A stretch of DNA of 63,641 bases, the filler included, from Nitrospinota bacterium (GTDB lineage: Bacteria > JAUXIQ01), in assembly GCA_030620925.1 (NCBI GenBank). It is 10 parts of 10 records of this genome, joined end to end, with 100 filler letters (N's around TTAATTAATTAA, not from the genome) between each part and the next. Parts side by side here need not be neighbours in the genome. Positions count along the whole stretch, not along the records: positions 46,680 to 55,076 come from JAUXIQ010000068.1; positions 55,177 to 60,834 come from JAUXIQ010000154.1; 8 more parts are not named here. The stretch is one strand, 5' to 3'. The notes under the pieces were generated by a model. The model saw only the letters and a program-made list of their open reading frames with translations. It ran no database searches and was not told where the DNA came from. Made by a program: the position numbers and the translations under genes. Position 1 is the stretch's first letter, and each line of letters opens with the position of its first letter. Shown in pieces: positions 48,791 through 57,904 of this stretch.

Positions 48791-49951
48791 TTAAAATTTT
48801 ACCTCCAACTGGGCCAGGAACTCGTTGTTTTCAACGTCTACGGCGCCGCCCGTGTCCTCATCGATCAAGCTGTATTCGAGTTTGACCTTCACGTTCTTCT
48901 GAATCTCGATGATGCCCGCCAGGGTGAAAACCTGCCAGTCCCAGGTGAGGACTTCGCCGGGGTCGTTGATGAGTCCGTTGTCCAGGTCGTTATACCTTAT
49001 CAGAACGACGATGGACTTGGGCCTGTTCCAGGGGGTCTTGAACTTGTAGGAGGGCTCTATATACCATCCTTTGCGGTCCAGGTCTCCGGTGCCGGTGCTT
49101 ATGTATTCGAACACACAATTTAATTTCTTCTGCCACTTATGAGTCAGGCGGAAGCCATACATGCTCTTCGAGTCTTCCAGTGAGCTGTAGCCGCCGGAGG
49201 CAAGCTCAGTATTGAGCGCCGAGACTTCATCCGGGGTAAGCTTGCTGAAGAAGACCCAGCCCAGAACGTCTATCTTACCGAACTGTCCGAAATCCTGTTT
49301 CCTTCCGGCGCCGAAACCTATCTCCTTGTTCTCGCTCTCGTCACCGACGTTGCGGTCTTCATGCAGGAACTTGGCGCCGCCGTCCTCCATCACCTTTTGC
49401 GTTGTCAGCTCTGTGGCGCTCTTTGCTATTCTCAGGCCGTTGGTGTAGGAGAAGAACCAGTAGGCGAAATCCAGCTTTCCGCCCACGGTGATCCCCAGGT
49501 CGTCATCCCGCCAGAAGGCGGAACCGTTCAGCGGGTAGGTCTCGGTGATCCGGCTTCGCTTGATGAAGCGGTCTTCCAGCCCCACCTTAATGAACGTTTT
49601 TCCGGGAAAACCGGCAAAGGTTACGTGGCCCTCTTCCAGGATGGTCTTGCCGTCCGTCATCGCTATTTCAGCCTTCATGCTGACGTTTTCTTTTAGTTTA
49701 ATCTTGGGGATCAGGTAGAACTGGTCGATCTTGAACTGGCTTTGTGAATCTTTGGCATCTCCCTGGGCGTCCCTGTATTCGATCTCTAGCTCGCCCCCTA
49801 TCTCCCATTTCTCTCCTTTAACGGATAAAAGGCCCCCTTCGTAGGGCTCGCCCACGTCGGCAAACACCTTTGTTGCTGGTGTTAAACCAAACACCAGCAA
49901 AAGAGCCAGCATTGTGATGAACAGTCGTGATGGAATTATTTTCATCCACAT
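48791..49951 (-). CDS. Outer-membrane beta-barrel porin-like protein
   Basis: Signal peptide, amphipathic beta strands, C-terminal FLAQLEVKF (BAM signal ending in Phe). Confidence 0.85.
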   Translation of the reverse strand: MWMKIIPSRLFITMLALLLVFGLTPATKVFADVGEPYEGGLLSVKGEKWEIGGELEIEYRDAQGDAKDSQSQFKIDQFYLIPKIKLKENVSMKAEIAMTDGKTILEEGHVTFAGFPGKTFIKVGLEDRFIKRSRITETYPLNGSAFWRDDDLGITVGGKLDFAYWFFSYTNGLRIAKSATELTTQKVMEDGGAKFLHEDRNVGDESENKEIGFGAGRKQDFGQFGKIDVLGWVFFSKLTPDEVSALNTELASGGYSSLEDSKSMYGFRLTHKWQKKLNCVFEYISTGTGDLDRKGWYIEPSYKFKTPWNRPKSIVVLIRYNDLDNGLINDPGEVLTWDWQVFTLAGIIEIQKNVKVKLEYSLIDEDTGGAVDVENNEFLAQLEVKF

Positions 49952-50202
49952 CTCCTTTCGAACAAATCAGATCAAGCGTTTAATACGAACAGAACTTATC
50001 TCGCCGTACCTAATATATATAGAAAACGGCGTGGTTAAATCCGGGCAGGGCATAATCTTTAAATTAATTACTGTTATATTTATATTCGCTAATTATAAAA
50101 TAGAAGTTAGGTTCGGGCAGGGAAATATTGGTTACCTTTTATAAAGTAAATAAATGCAGTCATTTAGAGTGTAAAGTTAATTGAACGGATATGGTGAATA
50201 TT

Positions 50203-50221
50203 GAGAATGATAATCAATATT
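50203..50221. promoter_or_regulatory. Fur box
   Basis: GAGAATGATAATCAATATT, 16/19 match to GATAATGATAATCATTATC. Confidence 0.8.
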
Positions 50222-50235
50222 AAATTATGTGTCAA
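50207..50235 (-). promoter_or_regulatory. sigma70 promoter of the porin operon, overlapped by the Fur box
   Basis: Minus strand TTGACA-N17-TATCAT. Confidence 0.75.
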
Positions 50236-50383
50236 GTGCTTTCTTCTTTTTGGGGAAATTTTTTTGATGGCTTTGGTACGGCGTGTTATCTATAGGCTGA
50301 TTTAGATGATATTCTAACTAAAAAGAAAACTTATTGTTCCCTTCAAGGATAAAGTGCTAGTTGCGTCCTTTCTTAATGTTTTT

Positions 50384-51064
50384 TCAAGTTTCAACAAGTT
50401 GTTTAGCGATGTTTTCTATTTCCAGCTCCAGGAAGCTCTTGGTCAGCCTGGCTATTTCACGATAAAAGCTTAATTGGGCTTCAGAGATAACCTTGTCGCA
50501 AAATTCAGGGATCCACCTGCTCAGGTGCTCTTCCATGAATTTCTTCTCAATCTTCAGGAAGTATATGGCTTCCTGTTTGTCTTCCTTCCGCCACGCCTCC
50601 CCTTCCTTCAGCAACAGCTCCCGCATGAACTCCAGCTCCACACTGATATGATCGGGGAGACCCTGGTAATCGGATTTATATTCCAGCCCCGTCGATTCGA
50701 TAAACTTCTTGACCTCAACGGTGGACATTCCCCAGAGTAAGCCACACTGGCCGTCATCCCTCTGGTGATGGACCGACTCATGGGGGGAAATATGTTTTCC
50801 GGGACCGATGAACAGCCTGGCGTATTCCACCGCCAGGTCCTCGAGCAGGTCGTCCCCTGCTTTCTGGAGAAAATCGTTCTCAAACTGAACCCCCAGGTCG
50901 GATAACGCCTGTAGAACAGGGGGCTCGGTAATTTGCTTTAAAAGGTCCGATTTCAGCTCCGTTCGGTAAATAACGGCCAGCAGACCGTAGACGTTGCTCC
51001 GCTCTTGAGACGTCTCGGCGAGGTCTTTCAACTCAACGTCGTTTTCCAAGGAACACATTTTCAT
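50384..51064 (-). CDS. TorD/DmsD family molybdoenzyme maturation chaperone
   Basis: EYARLF.GP, SPHES, PDHISVELEFM and F..EHL..W motifs; start chosen after GCGGGGA. Confidence 0.93.
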   Translation of the reverse strand: MKMCSLENDVELKDLAETSQERSNVYGLLAVIYRTELKSDLLKQITEPPVLQALSDLGVQFENDFLQKAGDDLLEDLAVEYARLFIGPGKHISPHESVHHQRDDGQCGLLWGMSTVEVKKFIESTGLEYKSDYQGLPDHISVELEFMRELLLKEGEAWRKEDKQEAIYFLKIEKKFMEEHLSRWIPEFCDKVISEAQLSFYREIARLTKSFLELEIENIAKQLVET

Positions 51065-51114
51065 TAATCCCCGCTTCATCATTAGTTTGAAGCCATCAGG
51101 GTGTGGTTTTAGTG

Positions 51115-51141
51115 GGGGAACCCTCCTTATGAAGGTTCCCC
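51115..51141. repeat. Intercistronic hairpin GGGGAACC...GGTTCCCC
   Basis: Inverted repeat between the catalytic-subunit and chaperone genes; same GGGGGAACC start as the element at 674. Confidence 0.5.
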
Positions 51142-51170
51142 TCATTTAACAACGCATCCGCGTAGGTTGG

Positions 51171-53642
51171 TTATGCTTTGGTGACCTTGACCACAGTGTC
51201 ATACCACCTCTGGCCGCCGGCGATGGGATCGGGGCTGTTAGGGATGACCCAGTTGGGGTGCATCCCGTTGTCCGCCCACCATTTGAGTTGGAGATCCACG
51301 TCTTCCTGTGTCCCCAGAGGCGAGGTCTTACCGGAAGCGTAACGTCCATATTCCCAGTGGCCGCAGTGATTGGAGATGGCGATGACCCCGGGGACTATCT
51401 CCTCGGTAACCCGTGCTTCGGTGGTTATCTCGTTTATGGAGGACTTTACCTTTATCTTCTGGCCGTCCTTTATGCCCAGCTCCTTTGCGGTGGCTGAGTT
51501 GATCCAGGCGGGGTTCTTGTGATAGAGCTCGGTGAGGTACTTGCAGTTCTGGGTGCGGGAATGGGTCTGCGTGTTGAGTTTGTAAGTGGTCAGGATCAAC
51601 TCACCTTTTTTCATCTTTTGATGCTCGGGGATAGGCACCCAGGTGGGTAGAGGTGGGAACCCCTTCTTCTTAAGCTCGTCTGAATAGATGGACAGCTTGC
51701 CCGTATGTCGTCCTATTTTATCCGGCTTGAACCCCAGGTAGGCCACCCCGTTTACCATCTGACCCACGTAGTTCTTGCCCTTCTTGCTGTCGTATTTGTC
51801 TCCTTTGAAGATCAGCCCTGTCTCCGGGTCTACGGTGGTCCCCTGGAGGTCTTTCTCGCTCAATTTTTTGGCGTAGAAGAGATAGTTGGGTTTGGCGTTG
51901 GGGTCATGCCAGGCGCCGTGTTTCTTCATGTACTCGAATCCACCAGCCTCTTTCACACCCTTGGTGTGTTCGCATGCGTCGCGCACGAACTCCTCCGCGG
52001 AGGCAAAGGGGAGCCATTTCTCCATCCCGCCCCCGATTCTCTTGGCCAGTTCGATGCACACGTCCTTGAAGTCCCGTACTTCCCCCAGTGGCTTGACGAT
52101 GGGCTGCCGGATGTAGTATTCGGGGATGCCGTTGTAGGAGACCATATCCTCCCAGTCCCAGCGTTCAAGATAGGTGGTGTCGGGCAGGATGATGTCGGCC
52201 AGGGCCGTCCCCTCACCGTAGAATGGGTCCACAGCTATGTGCATAGGGATGTAGTTTTCGTTGGAGAGGACTTCGATGTTATCCCTGCAGTCCCCGTTGG
52301 AGTACACGGCATTGTAGCAGTAGCTGATGTAGATTTCCGGCCTGCCATACTTGCCCTCTTTGATGAGCTTGAGTACCTGATGGCTGACGTGATGGGTGGG
52401 GAAGGCTATGTTCTCCCCGTCCAGTATTTTAAGTTTCTTCTTGGCTTTGTGAGGTTTGGGGTAGGAGTTCTTCCAGGGGGCTCCCACAGCTTTCAGGCGG
52501 CCCCCCTTATCTCCGATGTAACCGCAGATGGCCTCCAGCATCATGGCCGCCCGCTCGTTCTGGATGCCGTTGTAATGCTGTACCAGGCCTCTATATGACA
52601 ACACCGTTCCCGGTTTGGCCGTTGCGAAGCGGTAAGCTATCTCTTCTATCTTCTGTGAGGGTACTCCGCTTACGCCCTCCGCCCAACTTGAAGTGTACTG
52701 CTTGAGGTGGTCTTTCAGTTTCTGGACGGTGGCGTTGGTCCAGGCCTCAATGAACTTTCGGTCATAGAGCTCGTTCTGCATGATGTAGTTGGCCATGGCC
52801 AGGATGACCGCTCCGTCGGTGCCGGGGCGAACGGGGACCCATTCGTCGGACCTGGCGGCGGTGTTAGAAAACCTTACGTCGAAGGTTACCATGGGCACCC
52901 CCCTGTCATTTCTGGTTTTTATAATCCGTTGCGAAAGGGGGATATGAGAGGTGTGTGTCTCGAATATGTTGGAGCCGAAATTAAGGATGAAGTTGGTGTT
53001 CATGACGTCGGTGATGTCGTAGTGGTGCCCCCAGGTGAGCTCCTGTGCGGTCCACTTGATGCCTTCGCAGATGGAGGTGTGGTTCCCGATGGTAGCAGTC
53101 CCGTATGCGGTCAGGAAGTGGCTCTTGATAATTTTGCTGGAGCTGGCCTTCATGCGCCCGTAATGGAACATGACTTTCTCCGGGTGTCCTTCCTCCCGGA
53201 GCTTCTTCATGGGGGGGACGATCTCCTGGAAAGCCTGCTCCCAGGTGAGGCGCTTCCACTTGCCCTCGCCCCGCTTGCCCACCCGCTTCATGGGGTAGAG
53301 CAACCGGTCGGGGTCGTAAACCTGGTTGACACCCCCTTGCCCCCTGGCGCAGAGGACGCCTCCGGTGCGGGGTAGCTTGGGGTTGCCCTCTATTTTCACC
53401 AGCCTCCCGTCTTCAACGTATCCTATAATCCCGTCCCGGGCCACGCACTGCCAGCAGGCTGAGGGGATGGCCTTGCGCTCTTTCCCGGTGGCGGGGGAGA
53501 TGTCCCTGCCCGCTTCAATGAGGGGGTTCCCTTTCAGTGAGCCTTGGGCCAGAACCTTTTCTGCGCCGAAACCCGAAATAAAAGTGCCTATACCTGCGCC
53601 CAGCTTAAGGAAATTTCGCCTGGTCATTTTCTTCTGCATCAT
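51171..53642 (-). CDS. Tat-exported Mo/W-bisPGD oxidoreductase catalytic subunit (ArrA/TtrA/AnrA-like branch of the DMSO reductase family)
   Basis: TRRNFLK Tat motif; CWQCVARD...C FS0 motif; YDPDRL..P; YGR; NHTSICE; PGTD.A; ADIILPD..YLER. Confidence 0.93.
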   Translation of the reverse strand: MMQKKMTRRNFLKLGAGIGTFISGFGAEKVLAQGSLKGNPLIEAGRDISPATGKERKAIPSACWQCVARDGIIGYVEDGRLVKIEGNPKLPRTGGVLCARGQGGVNQVYDPDRLLYPMKRVGKRGEGKWKRLTWEQAFQEIVPPMKKLREEGHPEKVMFHYGRMKASSSKIIKSHFLTAYGTATIGNHTSICEGIKWTAQELTWGHHYDITDVMNTNFILNFGSNIFETHTSHIPLSQRIIKTRNDRGVPMVTFDVRFSNTAARSDEWVPVRPGTDGAVILAMANYIMQNELYDRKFIEAWTNATVQKLKDHLKQYTSSWAEGVSGVPSQKIEEIAYRFATAKPGTVLSYRGLVQHYNGIQNERAAMMLEAICGYIGDKGGRLKAVGAPWKNSYPKPHKAKKKLKILDGENIAFPTHHVSHQVLKLIKEGKYGRPEIYISYCYNAVYSNGDCRDNIEVLSNENYIPMHIAVDPFYGEGTALADIILPDTTYLERWDWEDMVSYNGIPEYYIRQPIVKPLGEVRDFKDVCIELAKRIGGGMEKWLPFASAEEFVRDACEHTKGVKEAGGFEYMKKHGAWHDPNAKPNYLFYAKKLSEKDLQGTTVDPETGLIFKGDKYDSKKGKNYVGQMVNGVAYLGFKPDKIGRHTGKLSIYSDELKKKGFPPLPTWVPIPEHQKMKKGELILTTYKLNTQTHSRTQNCKYLTELYHKNPAWINSATAKELGIKDGQKIKVKSSINEITTEARVTEEIVPGVIAISNHCGHWEYGRYASGKTSPLGTQEDVDLQLKWWADNGMHPNWVIPNSPDPIAGGQRWYDTVVKVTKA

Positions 53643-53691
53643 TCTCTCCTTCTCAGAACCGGTCAGCATTACATATTGAAGAGTATCTCTG

Positions 53692-54537
53692 CTACTTGTA
53701 TTGAACCGGCGTCCGGCCTTCTCTGATAGCCAGCGTAGCCTTGTTCATTTTGTTGGACTCTACTATCTGGGCATAGAAGTCGTCATCGAGGCCGATGTAA
53801 TAGCACTGGGGATCGGTGTTTAGCTCCGGCCTCAAAACGCGCGTCTGGTTAGAGGCTATGAGCCGTGATAACTTGCTTGTAGGGTCGTTGAGGTTGCCTG
53901 CCAGTCGCGCATGCCCCTGGCAGGTGTTGACGCATGAGGGGATGACGCCCTCTGCAAGCCTGTGGGCGCAGAGGGAGCATTTATCAGCGGCTTTCATCTC
54001 CAGCATGCCACCGGCGGCTTTCACGGGGTCCAGATACCGGACGCCATAGGGGCAATCATCTACGCAGGCACCGCAGCCGATGCATCTGTCCTGGTCTATC
54101 AAGACTATCCCGTCCGGGCGTTGGTAAGTGGCGCGTTTTTTATATTTCTTTTTGGTACCGTCGGGAAAGGTTAATACTGCTTCTTCCTCATCCACAGGGC
54201 AGTTCTCTATGCAAGGTGGGTTTGCGCAGTGGTTGCAGAGCCAGGGGATGAAAGTGCGTTTCACCTGCGGGTAGGTGCCCGCTACCTTTTCGCCCACACC
54301 GGCGCGAAACACACCCAGCCGAAGGTCGAACTCAGTCTTACATGCCACCGCGCAGGCGTTGCATCCTATGCAACGCCTCAGGTCCACAAGGAAGCCCCAT
54401 CTTACGGGGCCTGTAGACCTCCGCACCGCCTCCGCCGTTCCGGATAAGGCAGCCAAGCCCAGGCCCGTCGCCAGCCCGGCTCCTAGGGCAAGTTTCATAA
54501 ATTCGCTTCGGCTCACCTCTTCATAATCTTCTCCCAT
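53692..54537 (-). CDS. 4Fe-4S dicluster electron-transfer subunit (DmsB/ArrB-like)
   Basis: CIGCNACAVAC, CNHCANPPC...CP, CIGCGACVDDCP and KCSLC...PSCVNTC motifs; N-terminal signal-like peptide. Confidence 0.95.
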   Translation of the reverse strand: MGEDYEEVSRSEFMKLALGAGLATGLGLAALSGTAEAVRRSTGPVRWGFLVDLRRCIGCNACAVACKTEFDLRLGVFRAGVGEKVAGTYPQVKRTFIPWLCNHCANPPCIENCPVDEEEAVLTFPDGTKKKYKKRATYQRPDGIVLIDQDRCIGCGACVDDCPYGVRYLDPVKAAGGMLEMKAADKCSLCAHRLAEGVIPSCVNTCQGHARLAGNLNDPTSKLSRLIASNQTRVLRPELNTDPQCYYIGLDDDFYAQIVESNKMNKATLAIREGRTPVQYK

Positions 54538-55076
54538 CAGATTTATCCCTCCCTCTCTTGGAATTATTATGTGTGGCCACGTCACTTAAACATAATTCAG
54601 GTGCATAAACAAAACGCGATGTGCACGTATAATTGCATTTATATATGCAATAATCGTTCTAAATCAAGGGTTACATTAACTTTTGTTAACACTTGGAAGC
54701 TGATATTTTTTGTTTCGCCTCTGTTCTCCAAGGCACTTAAGAAGGGATTTGCCCGTATGCCCTTTAAATAAGGGGTAGATGGGGTGGTGTGAGGTTCTAT
54801 TTTAAATATCTGTGGATGGATTTACCTGTTATTTTTTATGATTCAAATTATTTTTCTTCGAGTTCATGCCTTGAAAAAAACCATTTTTATATCACCAAAC
54901 GGTAACATAGGTTACTCTTTAGTAACCGGTGAGCCTTAAAACTCGGTATAATGCCGGATGTCAAAGGTTATGTTTCTTTACCTTCTCCCAGAGGTTTTTC
55001 CTGCTGATCGCTCGCGGTCGATTACTCTAACTATAAAAGTGGGACAATGATTGGAAGCAGATCATTAGCGGGGTCC

Positions 55077-55176
55077 NNNNNNNNNNNNNNNNNNNNNNNN
55101 NNNNNNNNNNNNNNNNNNNNTTAATTAATTAANNNNNNNNNNNNNNNNNNNNNNNNNNNNNNNNNNNNNNNNNNNN
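55077..55176. other. Artificial contig/scaffold linker
   Basis: N44-TTAATTAATTAA-N44. Confidence 0.99.
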
Positions 55177-55736
55177 CCCTTAAAGATAATATTGAACCCC
55201 GGCTCGTCATGCAGGACGGACTGATAGCGGGCATGTCGGTGATTGGGGAACGTTTCAAGAACAACGATATATACCTCCCGGACGTCCTGGTGGCGGCCAG
55301 GGCCATGAACGCCGGACTGGCCATCGTGGAACCGTTACTGGCCGAAGCCGGCGAGGAACCGGTAGCCAGAGCGGTCTCAGGCACGGTGAAGGGCGACCTG
55401 CACGACATCGGGAAAAACATAGTGGTCATGATGCTGCGCGGAGCGGGCTTCCAGGTCGCCGATCTGGGGGTGGACGTGGCGCCCGAAAAATTCCTTGAAG
55501 CCGCCAGCGAGACCGGCGCCCAACTGGTCACCTTGTCCTCCCTGCTCACCCTCTCCATGCCCACAATGGAGGCGGCTCTGACGGCCATCAGAGACAGCGA
55601 CTTGCGGGATAAAGTCAAGGTGATGGTGGGCGGCGCGCCGGTTACTCAGCTATACGCCGACGGCATAGGGGCCGACGGCTACGCCTCCGACGCCGCAACC
55701 GCCGTGGAAAAAGCCAAAGAGCTCCTGGGCTTGTGA
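55177..55736 (+). CDS. Methyltransferase corrinoid protein (5' truncated)
   Basis: Cap domain GL.AGM..IG.RF; B12 motif GDLHDIGKN; DLGVDV; VMVGGAPVT. Confidence 0.95.
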
Positions 55737-55817
55737 AGAAATTGAACTGTGGCAGGCGCGGGGATGTTTTTTTAAGACCGGGATGCCTGTCCCCAAAACG
55801 AAAAGGGGAAACTAATC

Positions 55818-56879
55818 ATGGTTGAGATGACTTCACGGGAGAGGGTGCTCAAGACCTTCGAGCGCAAGATACCGGACAGGGTCCCCCTCTTCACCCAGGG
55901 CCTCGACCCCATTTTTATCAAGGAATTGGGAGGTGGCAACCCCTACCGGGCACTGGAAGCGCTTGAGGTGGACATCTTTCCCATCAGGAGCATGGTATGG
56001 TGTGAGGGTCGGCCCCAATTCGCTTCATTGAAAGAGGAACTCCCTCCTGAAATGGTGCTGTCCGGCGGCTTCTTCGGGGGTTGGGAGGGTGTTGACGAGT
56101 TCGGGCGCATCTGGAAACAGGGCTCATACATGGGCGGTATGGTGAAAACTGAGGAGGACATCGAAAAATACGTGCCTCCTTTGAAACTGGAGGAACGCAC
56201 GGACCCCGAACAGGCAAAGGCGATAATGGAAAAATTCAGTCACAAGGCTTTCACCCTCTCCTCCCACACCGGCCCCTTCGGCATGGCCATGGAGAGCATG
56301 GGCCAGGTGGAGTTCTGCCTGGCTTTCATGGACAACAGGGAACTGATACGCAAGCACCTGCGCGCCCGCACCGATTGGTTCATAGGCATCGCTCAATACG
56401 CCCAGGAGCTGGGCGTGGACCTCGTTCTCATGGGCGACGACGTGGCCTACAAGGAACGCACCTTCATTTCGGCGGAAGATTTCAACGAGATGGTCATACC
56501 CGAATACGGGCGCATCTGCCAGGCCGTGGACCTGCCGGTGATTTGGCATTCCGACGGCTACACGACCCCCCTCATGGAGGGAGCCGTGAAAGCCGGATTC
56601 GCCGCTGTGCATGCCCTGGAGCCCGCCGCCGGGGTGGACCTGGGGGAGATCAAGAAAAACTACGGGGAAAAGCTGGTGCTTATGGGAAACGTTGATGTGG
56701 GTGACGTCCTATGCAACGATGATCTTGAGGCTGTGAGGAAGGACATTGACCGCTGCATGGCCCAGGCCAAGGAGGGAGGGGGTTATATGCTTTCGGACTG
56801 CAACTCCATTCATGCTGCATGTAAAACCGCCGCCCTTAAGGAAATGTTTCGCTACGGGAAAGAGGTTGGAAAATATTGA
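55818..56879 (+). CDS. Uroporphyrinogen decarboxylase family protein (MtaA/CmuA-like methyltransferase)
   Basis: MTSRERV...PDRVP, DEFG, GDD.A, HSDG, GNVD and GGGY motifs; adjacent to the corrinoid protein. Confidence 0.88.
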   Translation: MVEMTSRERVLKTFERKIPDRVPLFTQGLDPIFIKELGGGNPYRALEALEVDIFPIRSMVWCEGRPQFASLKEELPPEMVLSGGFFGGWEGVDEFGRIWKQGSYMGGMVKTEEDIEKYVPPLKLEERTDPEQAKAIMEKFSHKAFTLSSHTGPFGMAMESMGQVEFCLAFMDNRELIRKHLRARTDWFIGIAQYAQELGVDLVLMGDDVAYKERTFISAEDFNEMVIPEYGRICQAVDLPVIWHSDGYTTPLMEGAVKAGFAAVHALEPAAGVDLGEIKKNYGEKLVLMGNVDVGDVLCNDDLEAVRKDIDRCMAQAKEGGGYMLSDCNSIHAACKTAALKEMFRYGKEVGKY

Positions 56880-56885
56880 GCCTCA

Positions 56886-57818
56886 CTACAGGGCCAGCAT
56901 CCTTTGAGCGTTCAGCCCCAGGACAGCCGCCGATTCGTCCCTGCTCAGTAACGCCTCCCCTCCCTCATCGGCTGAGAGGCCGTCTATAAATTTTATCCAA
57001 TCACCGGCGGCTATGGCCCGCCCGAAAACGAGGCCGTCGGTTCCGAACAGGATTCTCTCCGCACCTATGCTCTCCAGCATCCCCTTCAATGCACTGCGAA
57101 AAGAATCTTCATCAACCGTCACATTGGGCTGCCAGCCGCTAATGTCCGTGCTCACGTTGGGCCGTCTTCGGCCTACCTCAGCGAGTTCCTCCCACCAGTC
57201 TAAGGCCATGTGAGCGGCTATGATGTTCAGCTCCGGATAGCGTGCGGCCAGGGCGTCGACGTTGGCGGGGCGAGCGAAACTTTCATCCAGTGGAGGGGAA
57301 ATGTGGCCGGTATGCGTCAGCAACGGTATGTTCAGATCGCAGGCTTTCCTGTAAAGCGGGTCCCAGGCTTCGTCATCGGGAAAGAAGCCGGCTGCTGGGT
57401 GGAGCTTCAGACCCTTGAACCCCCACTCGGTGACGCCTCGCTCCAGCAGCTCGAGCGCATTCGCCCTGCGGGGGTCCACCCCCACGAAGGCCACGAACTT
57501 ATCAGGATATTTCTTCACCAGCTCGGCGTGGGCCTCGTTCTGTTCCTCGATGGCGGTCGGAGCCTCCCCTGCCGACGCCAGCCCGTAGTCTAACGGGTGC
57601 AGGACGGTCACGTCTATGCCCTCCTCCTCCATCTGCTGGAGGTGGCGTTCTCCCGAGGGGTCAAGGTAGTTGGTGAAAATCTCGTTCTTGAGGGCGTCCC
57701 TGGAGACATTCTGGCTGTCGGCGCCCAGCCTTTCGGCCAGGAGGTCGGCCATGGCGTCCCACATGGCCTCGTTGCGCCACTCCCGACTCCATATATGGCT
57801 GTGAAAATCGATGATCAT
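56886..57818 (-). CDS. Amidohydrolase family 2 (metal-dependent TIM-barrel) protein
   Basis: IIDFHSH, GLKLHP, HTG, AHM and LFGTD motifs. Confidence 0.92.
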   Translation of the reverse strand: MIIDFHSHIWSREWRNEAMWDAMADLLAERLGADSQNVSRDALKNEIFTNYLDPSGERHLQQMEEEGIDVTVLHPLDYGLASAGEAPTAIEEQNEAHAELVKKYPDKFVAFVGVDPRRANALELLERGVTEWGFKGLKLHPAAGFFPDDEAWDPLYRKACDLNIPLLTHTGHISPPLDESFARPANVDALAARYPELNIIAAHMALDWWEELAEVGRRRPNVSTDISGWQPNVTVDEDSFRSALKGMLESIGAERILFGTDGLVFGRAIAAGDWIKFIDGLSADEGGEALLSRDESAAVLGLNAQRMLAL

Positions 57819-57904
57819 GCACGCATATTAAACATAAAATAGTCATTCGTTCAACAAAATAAGATGGCGCAACGGGTTTGCCAGTGCGGGCGCGATTATA
57901 TTGA

